A stretch of DNA of 64,000 nt, from assembly GCF_036365525.1 (NCBI RefSeq), contig NC_090416.1:16650945-16714944 (forward strand), given 5' to 3'. Source of the stretch: Heterodontus francisci. Its lineage: Eukaryota. The position numbers and the translations under genes are program-made. How positions within the stretch are numbered: the first letter of the stretch is position 1; every line of letters begins with the position of its first letter. The notes beneath the pieces are model-generated. The model ran no database searches. It saw nothing but the letters and a program-made list of their open reading frames with translations, and was not told the DNA's origin. Of this stretch, positions 35,541 to 48,730 are shown piece by piece.

Positions 35541-35869
35541 CTTGTAGCCTGCTGAGCCATCGTAGGCAGCACAGTAATAGACGGCGGAGTCTCCCGGTTC
35601 CAAGCTGCCGATGGTCAGAATGTGACTGTTACTGGAGGTGTCTCTGGTAGGTAGAAAACGGTCCGTGAAGCCGGTGCCTCGATAGATGCTACCACTTGTA
35701 TCGTGGGCTAACACCCACACCGGAGCCTCCCCGGGTCTCTGTCGGTACCAGCTCATGTAGTAACTGCCCACGTTGCCGTTCTGCATCGCACACTTTAACT
35801 CGGAGGTCTCACCGGCGGAGACTGGGTCTGAAATTGGGGTCTGATTGAGGACAGGAACCGCCAGGACAC
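35541..35869 (-). CDS. IgL V exon, cluster 3
   Basis: Intact V-set ORF. CDR2 region AHDTSGSIYRG, FR3 RFLPTRD, 3' end YYCAAYDGSAGYK. One nt longer than the other V exons. Confidence 0.97.
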
Positions 35870-36035
35870 CTTCAACACAAAACACAAGAGAGAGAAAAAA
35901 AACACCTTCAGTTTATTGGAGCAAAAAAAACACACTGATAAATAAACAGGCCGGGCTACCAAATCCCTTTGCTTCCTAATCTAATGGTTTACAAATGAAT
36001 AATTGAGTAACGTTCTGTGAACATAAGTCTCTCAC

Positions 36036-36084
36036 CTGTTAAATGGAGTAGCAGGGTCCCCAGGAGATACATTACTGCAGCCAT
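36036..36084 (-). CDS. IgL leader exon, cluster 3
   Basis: Same leader and donor. Confidence 0.93.
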
Positions 36085-36189
36085 TCCCTCCGGGGGGGAA
36101 AAAAACCCGTGAAGAATTAGTGAGCAGGGTTTTACTGTAACTCCAGAAAGTGGATCCAGTTACAGTGCCGGACAAGGTGAGACCAGTAT

Positions 36190-36214
36190 CTATTATATGA
36201 ACCTGTATGCAAAT
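36190..36214 (-). promoter_or_regulatory. IgL promoter octamer (36207-36214) and TATA-like box, cluster 3
   Basis: ATTTGCAT on the sense strand. Confidence 0.9.
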
Positions 36215-37210
36215 ACAGGGAGGGTTGAGAGGAGCAGGGGCGGCGGGGGGGTGGGGGGTGGGGGGGGGGGGGGGTGGGGGGTGGTGGGAGTGGACCAGAC
36301 CAGATTTTTTTTATTGAGCCTCTATTGGTCCCCAATTAAACATTTCCATGTATTTATTTCCACCGAGTTGAGGGTTAATTCTCAATAATTTCTGATTTTA
36401 ACCCCCCCTTCTCATGTCAAGAGTGTGAGATTTAAAAGAACAACTGTAGAAATTGCACATTTTATCTCAGATGGGCAAAGACAAAAGCCCTTCAGAATCC
36501 AGTGCCTTAAATTCATCCAGAACAAGTTTAACCCAGCGATCGTTAAGGATTTGATTTTTTAAATATTTGGGTCTGCAATGTGTACTTAAACACATATCTT
36601 TATATCCAACACGCTGGTGTTTGCAACAAAGCAGTTCATTGGAAGGATTGGAATGGAAGAGATTGACTGGACTGCTTCTCTCAGCTGCTCTTTTTTCCTA
36701 TCCGCCACTGTACAAGTGCACTGCTTGTCCTGGCGTTTGAGCCGAGTGTAGGGTCAAAACACTCGTTTCTCACTCAGGCCGACGTTCAGAAACAGCCAGA
36801 ATCAACTCCAATATCCGTTTTAATTGGTAATGCAACGAGGAGTGAGATTCTGACCGGGCAAGCTGACTGCTCGGATAGTTTCTGTGTTGTGTCCGGATCC
36901 TGTGTTCAGTCCAGTTTCAATGAAATGTGTTTTCCTGCTGCAACAGTTCCTGCCCTGACTTTTTTTTGTTGCAACTAAACCACATGTATCGGAACCTCAG
37001 TCCCAGGAATACATTTGTTTTAACATTCCATTTCAGATGTTTTGTGTCAATCACTCGATGCCAAGGGAAAACGTTCAACAAGTTGCTCGTGAGAGGAGTT
37101 AGTTTCTTTAAAATGAATATTTTCTATCTTTTTATTTAAAATTCACTTAATTGGATATGGGCATCACTTGGCCCTGCCCGCATTTATTGCCCATCCCTCA
37201 TTGCCGTTGA

Positions 37211-37563
37211 GGGCGGCACAGTGGCGCAGTGGTCAGCACTCCAGCCTCACAGCTCCAGGGACCCGGGTTCGATTCTGGGTACTGCCTGTGAGGAGTTTGC
37301 AAGTTCTCCCTGTGTCTGCGTGGATTTTCTCCGGGTGCTCCGGTTTCCTCCCACAAGCCAAAAGACTTGCAGGTTGATAGGTAAATTGGCCATTATAAAT
37401 TGTCACTAATATAGGTAGGTGGTAGGGTAATATCGGAACAGGTGGGGATGTTTGGTGGGAATATGGGATTAGTGTAGGATTAGTATAAATGGGTGGTTGA
37501 TGTTCGGCACAGACTCGGTGGGCCGAAGGGACTGTTTCATTGCTGTATCTCTAATCTAATCTA
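37211..37563 (+). mobile_element. tRNA-derived SINE, HE1/V-SINE-like, unit 3
   Basis: Same element at the same site as in unit 2. Confidence 0.88.
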
Positions 37564-38557
37564 AAGGTGGTGGTGGAGTCGCCTTCTTGAACTGCTACAG
37601 TGCAGTGGTTTTTGTACAACAGAACTGAGGGCAGTTAAGAGTCAACCACATTGCCGTGGGTCTGGAGTCACATGTAGGCCAGACCAGGTGAGGACGGCAG
37701 ATTTCCTTCCCTAAAAGGACATTTGTGAAACAGATGGTTTTTTGTTAATGAACATTCAATTTATGGTCACCATTACTGAGACTAGGTTTCAATTCCAATT
37801 TTTCTTTTAATTAATTAGTTGAATTTAAATTCCATGGTGGGATTTGAACACGTGTCTCCAGAGCATTATCCTGGGCCTCTGGATTAGTAATATCTAGTGA
37901 CATTACTACTACGCCACCTTGTGATGGATCAATATTAATTCTAGAAATGTGATAGGATTTGAGCCAGTGAAAGGGGGAGTGTGGGAAGAAGAACAGCAGG
38001 GAAGGTCTGTGACAGGGGTGGAGGGCAGGAGAGATTAAATGACAAAAAGGGTGTCAAGGTGCAAAGCCAAAGGGAGTGGTAATGAGAGATGTGTCTGGAG
38101 GAGGTGTGAATGGCAGGATCGGAACACAAAGTAAAGGAAATAAGAGGTAAACAAGAGAGATAAAATAACAAATCAGCAAAGAAAAGGGCAACAAAAATGA
38201 GGGCAGGGGGGTTACAAACTAAAATTGTAGAATTCAGTGTTGAGTCCAGAAGGCTGTAGAGTGCCCAGTCGAAAGATGATGTGCTGTTCCTGCAGTTAGC
38301 CTCCGATTACTGACATGTTCCGTCAAGTCAGTGTCGACTAGCTGCCCCCTAGACAGAGAATTTGATCCTTCCCCATTAAAAATCCGTTTCTGATTGGTCT
38401 CCACAGCAGAAACAGACCCACCTCCCTCCCCTCCCACCAGGCAGATTCTCTGGGTTCCTTTTCAACTAAACCTAACCTGCATTACTATAGAGACCTCAGG
38501 GTGTCCTAAAGACAGAAAAATAAACACCTGTTTTGAAGTCTGGTCATTGTAACATCG

Positions 38558-38720
38558 TAACCCAATGCACAATGGAAATAAATATTTGGAAATGTTTAAT
38601 CAGGGACAAATATATTTTTAATAAAGTGTTTTCCCCTGCTCCCCTTGACCCCCTCCCTGTATTTGCATATTGACTAATATATAGATACTAGTATTCTCCG
38701 GGTTCCCGGAGTTACAGTAA
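38558..38720 (+). promoter_or_regulatory. Inverted IgL promoter paralog, unit 3 (octamer 38661-38668)
   Basis: Same blocks as unit 1, with TATA-like TAATATATAG. Confidence 0.72.
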
Positions 38721-39224
38721 TCTTGTTGAAGTGAAAGCACAATTGCTAAATGTGTGAGAAGCTGAACTCAGCTTTGCCCATGTAGTTGAATAGAGGGTGC
38801 ACATATGTAGTTGAATAGAGTCATCCACGTATGTAGTTAAATGGAGTCATCCACGTATGTAGTTAAATGGAGTGTGCCAGTGTGTAGTAAAATGGAGTGT
38901 GCCAGTGTGCAGTAAAATGGGGTTGTGCACATGTCTAATGGAAAGCAGTTCAGCACCTCTAGGTTCATAGAATCTCTCACTTTGCTCGGCAGATGTCACA
39001 TGGCTGCAGCTTTGCCCAGGGAGCCTACCCGGTTCACACAGGATAGGCCAGGTGTTAAAGCAAGAGCATTTGGTGTTGCCTATTGAAGCTTGCACAGCGG
39101 TTAAAGGAAAATACAATTAAAGCTCACAAGATGGGAATCTTGTAAAGTGTCAGCCATGGCCTCGTGGGTTCAAGTCCCAATCCAGAGACTTGAGCACAAA
39201 AAACAGTCTCACATTCGCCGTGTA

Positions 39225-40073
39225 GTACTGAGGGAGTACTGCACTGTCGGAGGGTCAGTACTGAGGGAGTGCTGCACTGTCGGAGGGTCAGTACTGAGGG
39301 AGTGCTGCACTGTCGGTGGGTCAGTACTGAGGGAGTGCTGCACTGTCGGAGGGTCAGTACTGAGGGAGTGCTGCATTGTCAGAGGGTCAGTACTGAGGGA
39401 GTGCTGCACTGTCGGAGGGTCAGTACTGAGGGAGTGCTGCACTGTCGGAGGGTCAGTACTGAGGTAGTGCTGCACTGTCGGAGGGTCAGTACTGAGGGAG
39501 TGCTGCACTGTCGGAGGGTCAGTACTGAGGGAGTGTTGCACTGTCGGAAGGTCAGTACTGAGGGAGTGCTGCACTGTCGGAGGGTCAGTACTGAGGGAGT
39601 GCTGCACTGTCGGAGGGTCAGTACTGAGGGAGTGCTGCACTGTCGGAGGGTCAGTACTGAGGGAGTGCTGCACTGTCGGAGGGTCAGTACTGAGGGAGTG
39701 CGGCACTGTCGGAGGGTCAGTACTGAGGGAGTGCTGCACTGTCAGAGGGTCAGTACTGAGGGAGTGCTGCACTGTCAGAGGGTCAGTACTGAGGGAAAGC
39801 TGTATTGTCAGAGGGTCAGTTCTGAGGGAGTGCTGCACCGCCAGAGGGTCAGTTCTGAGGGAGTGCGGCACTGTCGGAGGGTCAGTACTGAGGCAGTGCC
39901 GCACTGTCAGAGGGTCAGTACTGAGGGAAAGCTGTATTGTCAGAGGGTCAGTTCTGAGGGAATGCGGCACTGTCGGAGGGTCAGTACTGAGGCAGTGCCG
40001 CACTGTCAGAGGGTCAGTACTGAGGGAGTGCTGCAGTGTCAGAGGGTCAGTACTGAGGGAGTGCTGCACTGTC
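39225..40073 (+). repeat. 33-bp minisatellite, about 26 copies
   Basis: Same unit, expanded. Confidence 0.96.
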
Positions 40074-40797
40074 TGAGGTGCCATATTCACAAGTCCCCCT
40101 CAGGTGGACATTATCGATCCCATGACTCTATTTGAAGGAGAGCAGGTGCCCTGGACAATATATATTCCAACATTAACACCTAAAACTGTAACTGGTCATT
40201 ATCACATTGCTATTTCTGGGAGCTTGCTGTGTAAATGACTGTCAGATTTCCAGAATTTCAACAATTTCAAAACACACTTCAAAAGTACGTCATTAGATGT
40301 AAACCACTTTGGGGCAGCCTCGGGATCAGACCTCTCTGTCTCTCCATCTNNNNNNNNNNNNNNNNNNNNNNNNNNNNNNNNNNNNNNNNNNNNNNNNNNN
40401 NNNNNNNNNNNNNNNNNNNNNNNNNNNNNNNNNNNNNNNNNNNNNNNNNNNNNNNNNNNNNNNNNNNNNNNNNNNNNNNNNNNNNNNNNNNNNNNNNNNN
40501 NNNNNNNNNNNNNNNNNNNNNNNNNNNNNNNNNNNNNNNNNNNNNNNNNNNNNNNNNNNNNNNNNNNNNNNNNNNNNNNNNNNNNNNNNNNNNNNNNNNN
40601 NNNNNNNNNNNNNNNNNNNNNNNNNNNNNNNNNNNNNNNNNNNNNNNNNNNNNNNNNNNNNNNNNNNNNNNNNNNNNNNNNNNNNNNNNNNNNNNNNNNN
40701 NNNNNNNNNNNNNNNNNNNNNNNNNNNNNNNNNNNNNNNNNNNNNNNNNNNNNNNNNNNNNNNNNNNNNNNNNNNNNNNNNNNNNNNNNNNNNNNNN

Positions 40798-43700
40798 TTT
40801 CAGACCGGGAAGTATAAAAAACTTACTTTGGGGATTCTCGCACCACGCTCGGAGGGCGGAGTTAACCTCGGGGATTTTCGGAGCAGACTCGGAGATGCTC
40901 GGATCGACTCGGAGATTCTCGGACAGATTCGGAGGGCGGAGTTCACCTCGGTGATACTCGGGGCAGCCACGGAGGGCGGAGTTAACCTCGGGGTCTCTCG
41001 GAGCAGACTCGGAAGGCGGAGTTAATCTCGGGGATTCTCGGAGCAGACTCGGAAGGTGGAGTTAACCTCGGGGATTCTCGGACAGTCTCGGATGGCGGAG
41101 TTAACCTCGGGGATTCTCGGACAGACTCGGCGGGCGGAGTTCATGTCGATGGGCCGAAGGGCCTGTTTCAGTGCTGTATCTCGAAATAAAAATAAAAAAA
41201 TAAAAAATAAAATAATATTTATAGTAGAAATCTAGCACTAGGGACCATGTAGTTAATTATAACAATTTAGTAATGATTTAATAAGTATTTATTTTATATT
41301 AATTAACTAATTAGTGATAGAAATGTCAGTTAAAGGGGTGAAGTGCTTCACCTGTGAGATGTGGGAAGTCCGTGACACTTCCAGTATTCCGGGCGACTCC
41401 GCCTGCAGGAAGTTTACCCAGTTGCAGCTCATCACAGACCACATGGATCGGTTGGAGCGGCAACTGGATGCACTTAGGAGCATGCAGGTGGCAGAGAGCA
41501 TCATAGACAGGAGTTTTAGAGAAGTGGTTACACCCAATGTGCAGGCAGATAGATGGGTGACCGCTAGAAGGGGCAGGCAGTCAGTGCAGGAATCCCCTGT
41601 GGCTATCCCCCTCGCTACATCATTTTGGATACTGTTGGGGGGGATGGCCTATCAGGGGAAAACAACAGCAGCAGCCAGAGCAGTGGCACCACGGCTGGCA
41701 CTGTTGTTCAGCAGGGAGGGACAAAGCGCAGAAGAGCAATAGTTATAGGGGACTCTGTAGTCAGGGGCACAGATCGGCGCTTCTGTGGACGTGAAAGAGA
41801 CTCCAGGATGGTATGTTGCCCACCTGGTGCCAGGGTCAAGGATGTCTCTGAACGGACAGGGGGCATTCTGAAGGGCATGGGTGAACAGCCAGAGGTTGTG
41901 GTACACATCGGTACCAATGACATAGGCAGGAAGAGTGATGAGGTCCTGCAGGGGGAGTTTAGGGAGTTAGGTAGAAAGTTAAAAAAAACAGGATTCTTGG
42001 GTTGTAATCTCTGGATTAGTCCCTGTGCCACGTGCCAGAGAGGCTAGAAATAGGAAGATAGTGCAGCAAAACACATGGCTGAGCAGCTGGTGTAGAAGGG
42101 AGGGTTTCAGATATCTGGACCATTGGGCTCTCTTCAGGGACAGATGGGACCTGTACAAGAAGGACGCTTTGCATATAAACTGGAGGGGCACTAATATCCT
42201 GGCTGCAAAGTTTGCTAGCGTCACTCGGGAGGGTTTAAACTAGTGTGGCAGGGGGGTGGGAACCAGAGTAGTGGGACAGCTAGAAAAATAAATGAGGAGG
42301 ACATAGTAAATAAGGCCAGTAAGACTAAGTGGAAGAGCAGGCAGGGAGATGTTGCTGAGCACAGCGGGACTGGTGCTCTGAAGTGCATTTTTTTCAATGC
42401 GAGAAGTATAACAGGTAAGGCAGATGAACTGAGAGCTTGGATTAGTACTTGGAAATATGATGTTGTTGCTATTACAGAGACTTGATTGAGGGAAGGGCAG
42501 GATTGGCAGCTAAATGTTCCAGGCTTTAGAAGCTTCAGGCGGGATAGAGGGGGGTGTAAAAGGGATGGGGGAGTTGCATAACTGGTTCAGGAGAATATCG
42601 CAGCTGTACTGCGGGAGGACACCTCAGAGAGGTCATGCAGCGAGGCAATATGGGTGGAGCTCAGGAATAGGAAGGGTGCAGTCACGATGTTGGGGGTTTA
42701 CTACAGGCCTCCCAACAGCCAGCGGGAGGTAGAGGAGCAGATATGTAGACAGATTTTGGAAAGATGTAAAGGTAACAGGGTTGTGGTGGTGGGTGATTTT
42801 AACTTCCCCTATATTGACTGGGACTCACTTAGTGCTAGGGGCTTGAATGGGGCAGAATTTGTGAGGAGCATCCAGGAGGGCTTCTTGAAACAGTATGTAG
42901 ATAGTCCAACTAGGGATAGGGCCATTCTGGACCTGGTATTGGGGAATGAGCCCGGCCAGGCAGTCGAAGTTTCAGTGGGGGAACATTTCGGGAGCAGCGA
43001 CCATAATTCCATATGTTTTCAGGTACTTGTGGATAAGGATAAGAGTAGTCCTCGGGTGAAGGTGCTAAATTGGGGGAAGGCTAATTATAACAATATTAGG
43101 CAGGAATTGAAGAATTTAGATTGGGGGCGGCTGTTTGAGGGTAAATCAACATCTGACATGTGGGAGTCTTTCAAACGTCAGCTGATTAGAATCCAGGACC
43201 AGCATGTTCCTGTGAGCAAGAAAGACAAGTTTGGCATGTTTCGGGAAATTTGGATAACACTGGATATTGTGAGCCTAGTCGAAAAGAAAAAGGAAGCATT
43301 TGTAAGGGCTGGAAGGCTAGGAACAGACGAAGCACTTGAGGAATATAAAGACAGTGGGAAGGAACTTAAGCAAGGAGTTAGGAGGGCTAAAAGGGGTCTT
43401 AAAAAGTCATTGGCAAACAGGATTAATAAGAATCCAAAGGCTTTTTATACATATATAAAGAGCAAGAGGGTAACCAGGGAAAGGGTTGGCCCACTCAAGG
43501 ATAGAGAAGGGAATCTATGTGTGGAGCCAGAGGGAATGGGCGAGGTGCTAAATGAGTACTTTGCATCAGTATTCACCAAAGAGAAGGACTTGGTGGATGA
43601 TGAGCCTAGGGAAGGGAGTGCAGATAGTCTCAGTCATCTCATTATCAAAAAGGAGGAGGTGTTGGGTGTCTTGCAAAGCATTAAGGTAGATACGTCCCCA

Positions 43701-45009
43701 GGGCCTGATGGGATCTACCCTAGAATACTGAGGGAGGCAAGGGAAGAAATTGCTGGGGCTTGACAGAAATCTTTGCATCATCATTGGCTGCAGGTGAGGC
43801 CCAAGAGGACTGGAGAATAGCCAATGCTGTTCCTTTGTTTAAGAAGGGTGGCAAGGATAATCCAGGAAATTATAGGCCGGTGAGCCTTACGTCAGTGGTA
43901 GGTAAATTATTAGAGAGGATTCTTCGGGACAGAATTTACTCCCATTTGGAAACAAACGAACTTATTAGCGAGAGACAGCATGGTTTTGTGCAGGGGATGT
44001 CATGTCTTACTAATTTGATTGAGTCTTTTGAGGAAGTGACGAAGATGATTGATGAAGGAAGGGCAGTGGATGTTATCTATATGGACTTTATTAAAGCCTT
44101 TGAGAAGGTTCCGCGTGGCAGACTGGTACAAAAGGTGAAGTCACACGGGATCAGAGGTGAGCTGGCAAGATGGATACAGAACTGGCTCGGTCATAGAAGA
44201 CAGAGGGTATCAGTGGAAGGGTGCTTTTCTGAATGGAGGGATGTGACTAGTGGTGTTCCGCAGGGATGAGTGCTGAGGAGTATTGACAGACAGAGAAATC
44301 TGGGCGTATAGGTCCACAGGTCACTGAAAGTGGCAACGCAGGTGGATAAGGTAGTCAAGAAGGCATACGGCATGCTTGCCATCATTGGTCGGGGCATAGA
44401 GTATAAAAATTGTCAAGTCATGTTGCAGCTGTACAGAACCTTAGTTAGGCCACACTTAGAATATTGCGTGCAATTCTGGTCGCCACACTACCAGAAGGAC
44501 GTGGAGGCTTTGGAGAGGGTACAAAGGAGGTTTACGGATGCTGCCTGGTCTGGAGGGCATTAACTATGAGGAGAGGTTGGAAAAAGTCGGTTTGTTTTCA
44601 CTGGAACGACGGAGGTGGAGGGGCGACATGATAGAGGTTTACAAAGTTATGAGCGGCATGGACAGAGTGGATAGTCAGAAGCTTTTTCCCAGGGTGGAAG
44701 AGTCAGTTACTAGGGGACATCGGTTTAAGGTGCGAGGGGCAAAGTTTAGAGGGGATGTGCGAGGCAAGTTTTTGACACAGAGGGTGGTGAGTGCCTGGAA
44801 CTTGCTGCCAGGGGAGGTGGTGGAAGCAGATACGATAGCGACGTTTAAGAGACATCTTGACAAATACTTGAATAGGATGGGAATAGAGGGATATGGCCCC
44901 GGAAGTGCAGAAGGTGTTAGTTTAGACAGGCATCAAGATCGGTGCAGTCTTGGAGGGTCGAATGGTCTGTTCCTGTGTGGTACTGTTCTTTGTTCTTGTT
45001 CTTTGTTCT
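40798..45009 (+). mobile_element. CR1 LINE, unit 3 (about 258-bp internal deletion removing the RT FADD motif)
   Basis: The junction GTGCTG|AGGAGTATT near 44275 joins unit-1 equivalents 11168 and 11427. Confidence 0.95.
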
Positions 45010-47632
45010 CTCTGTCNNNNNNNNNNNNNNNNNNNNNNNNNNNNNNNNNNNNNNNNNNNNNNNNNNNNNNNNNNNNNNNNNNNNNNNNNNNNNNNNNNNN
45101 NNNNNNNNNNNNNNNNNNNNNNNNNNNNNNNNNNNNNNNNNNNNNNNNNCTCGCTCTATCTATTTGTCTGTCTGTTCATCTCTATCTATCTGTCTGTCCA
45201 TCTCTGTCTGTCTGTCTGTCTATCCCTCAGTACTGACCCTTTGACAGTGCGGCACTCCCTCAGTACTGACCCTTTGGGAACTGAATATTCCAGGGTATTT
45301 GACAGTTTGGAATGACACGAAGCAAGGAAAAGGAGGTGGTGTAGCTCAGTTAATCTTGGATCAGAAAATCAAGATGTGGAATCAGTTTGGGTGGAGATAT
45401 GAAATAGCAAAAATTCATACAGTCGCTGCACTGTAAGACAGAGTATAAATCAAGAAATAAGGGGGGCTTGTAAAGAAAATACTGCAGTAATCCTGGGTGA
45501 TTTTAATCTTCATATAAATTGGAGTAATCAAACTGGTAAAGTTAGATAGAGGATGAGTTCATGGAGTGTACTCAGGACAGTTTCTAAGAACAATACATTC
45601 TGGAACCAATCCGGGAGCAGGATATTTTAGACCTGGTAATGTGTAAGGAGACAGAATTAATTAATGACCTCTTAGTAAAGGAAGAATAGAAAAGTAGAAT
45701 ATTATTTACATGGAGAGAGACTGCAGAATGCTGCAGTACAGAGGGATCTGGGTGTCCTTGTACATGAATCACAAAATGTTAACATGCAGGTTCAGCAAGT
45801 AATTAGGAAGGCAAATGGAATGTTGGTATTTATTGCAATGGGGATGGAGTATAAAAGTAGGGACATCTTGCTACAACTGTACCGGGCATTGGTGAGAACG
45901 CACCTAGAATACTGCATACAGTTTTGATCTCCTTATTTAAGGAGGGATATACTTGCATTGGAATCAGTTCAGAGAAGGTTCACTTGGCTGATTCCTGGGA
46001 TGAAGGGATTGTCTTGTAAGGAAAGGTTGAGCAGGTTGGGCCTGTACTCACTGGAGTTTAGAAGAATGAGAGGTGATCTTGTTGAAACATATAAAGTCCT
46101 GAAGGGGCTTAATTGGGTGGATGGTGAGAGGATGTTTCCCCTCGTGGGGGAATCTAGAACTAGGGGGAACAGTTACAGAATACGGGGTCTCCCATTAAAG
46201 ACGGAGATGAGGAGGAATTTCTTCTCTGAGGGTCATTAATCTTTGGAATTCTCTTCCCCAGGGAGCAGTGGAGGCTGGGTCATTGAATATATTCAAGGCT
46301 GAGTTGGAGAGTTTTTTGATCTCCAAGGGAGTTGAGGGTTATGGTGGGGGGCGGAGAGGAAAGTGGAGTTAAGGTCACAATCAGATCATCCATGATCTTA
46401 TCGAATGGCGGAACAGGCTCGAGGGGCCGAATGGCCTTCTCCTGTTCTTATTTCTTATGCTTTTATGTTGAAGATATCGTACCTGCTGTATTCAATACCT
46501 GTCCAGGTCTTTAAAGCCCAAAGTGGCCGTAACTGTTCCTATCTGTGCAGAGAGCCCTTGGCAGTAATATAATATAATGAAAATGGCCTGGCTGAAACTC
46601 CCCGGGTCTGAATATCTCAGTACAGATCGGGGAAGGGGTGGTGGGAGTGCTGGAATCTGGGCCTTCCCAGCAAGTGTCCTGTAAGGGAACTGAATGACCT
46701 CAACGAAGGAACGAGTTCACAGAGGGAGATGAGGCTGATGTGATTGCAGTGTGTGCGAACAAGAGGAGGCCATTCAGCCCTTCGAGACTGCTGTACCATT
46801 CCATTAGATCATAGCTGGTCTGTACCTTATTCCCATATACCCTGCCTTAGCTCCATAGTCCTTGCTGCCCTTACCCAATAAAAATCTATCAACCACAATC
46901 TTTATAACTCCAATTTTTAATGAAGTGCATTTCTATAGCGTCTTTCACAACCTCAGGATGTTCCCAAAGTGCTTCGCAGCCAATGAAATACCTTCAAAAG
47001 CAATATTGGGAAATGAAGACTGGGATGGAGAGCAGGAGGAGTTCAGTTCAGTTCTCCTGAGGGGCCCAGTCCAGATAATGGGTTGTTTTGTTGTAAATGT
47101 GTGACGTGTCCAAGAATGTAACCGTTTAACAGTGTTTCTCGGATTTCCGTCCTGTTTCTGTGTGTTTCAGAGCAGGGGAACTGGGCCCAGATGCTGCTGC
47201 TCTCTGCTGCTTATCAGACAGTGAACAGGGAGGTTTCGGTTCCTCCCCGGGGCTCCTCTCCCACCCCCTGCAGCGAGTGACCACACCACCTGCACCACAT
47301 CACAAACAAGACAAAAACAGCATCGATTTGGGTATCAGGATCTAAAATAAGGCTTTCAGAACACCGCCCAGGTCCCCTGTGGTTGATGACGAGGGCCTGA
47401 TCAGGGCTGCATTCAGTGCCATTCTCAGACCCAGTCTGGAACCTGGCTGTTCGGCCATGTGAATCATCAACATTGTGGATTTAACTGGACTGATAAACGT
47501 TTGATGGCCTTTAAGATACTCCTTAAAACCTAGCTCTTTGACCGAGCTATTGGTCACCTGCTCTAATATCTCCGAATGTGGCTCAGCATTAAACTTTGTT
47601 TGCTGACGCCCCTTGCGACGTTTTATTACATT

Positions 47633-48730
47633 TCTTTTCTTTTGGGCCTCCTTATCTCGAGAGACAATGGATACGCGCCTGGAGGTGGTCAGTGGTTTGT
47701 GAAGCAGCGCCTGGAGTGGCTATAAAGGCCAATTCTGGAGTGACAGGCTCTTCCACAGGTGCTGCAGAGAAATTTGTTTGTTGGGGCTGTTGCACAGTTG
47801 GCTCTCCCCTTGCGCCTCTGTCTTTTTTCCTGCCAACTACTAAGTCTCTTCGACTCGCCACAATTTAGCCCTGTCTTTATGGCTGCCCGCCAGCTCTGGC
47901 GAATGCTGGCAACTGACTCCCACGACTTGTGATCAATGTCACACGATTTCATGTCGCGTTTGCAGACGTCTTTATAACGGAGACATGGACGGCCGGTGGG
48001 TCTGATACCAGTGGCGAGCTCGCTGTACAATGTGTCTTTGGGGATCCTGCCATCTTCCATGCGGCTCACATGGCCAAGCCATCTCAAGCGCCGCTGACTC
48101 AATAGTGTGTATAAGCTGGGGGTGTTGGCCGCTTCAAGGACTTCTGTGTTGGAGATATAGTCCTGCCACCTGATGCCAAGTATTCTCCGAAGGCAGCGAA
48201 GATGGAATGAATTGAGACGTCGCTCTTGGCTGGCATACGTTGTCCAGGCCTCGCTGCCGTAGAGCAAGGTACTGAGGACACAGGCCTGATACACTCGGAC
48301 TTTTGTGTTCCGTGTCAGTGCGCCATTTTCCCACACTCTCTTGGCCAGTCTGGACATAGCAGTGGAAGCCTTACCCATGCGCTTGTTGATTTCTGCATCT
48401 AGAGACAGGTTACTGGTGATAGTTGAGCCTAGGTAGGTGAACTCTTGAACCACTTCCAGAGCGTGGTCGCCAATATTGATGGATGGAGCATTTCTGACAT
48501 CCTGCCCCATGATGTTCGTTTTCTTGAGGCTGATGGTTAGGCCAAATTCATTGCAGGCAGACGCAAACCTGTCGATGAGACTCTGCAGGCATTCTTCAGT
48601 GTGAGATGTTAAAGCAGCATCGTCAGCAAAGAGGAGTTCTCTGATGAGGACTTTCCGTACTTTGAACTTCGCTCTTAGACGGGCAAGGTTGAACAACCTG
48701 CCCCCTGATCTTGTGTGGAGGAAAATTCCT
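47633..48730 (-). mobile_element. 5'-truncated RTE-clade (BovB-like) LINE, unit 3 only, with TTACATT target-site duplication
   Basis: Open 335-aa ORF (47689-48696) with LFADD, YLGS, LLYGSEAW, RLRWLGHV and a C-terminal CxxC..H..C. TSD at 47626-47632 and 48731-48737. Empty sites in units 1 and 2. Confidence 0.93.

Noticed and set aside
39225-40073. CRISPR-like array or array of cryptic RSS heptamers (CACTGTC)
   Set aside because: There are no unique spacers and the context is eukaryotic. No nonamer lies 12 or 23 nt away.
39209-40135. Long 288 and 293 aa repetitive ORFs
   Set aside because: They are a by-product of a stop-free 33-bp minisatellite.
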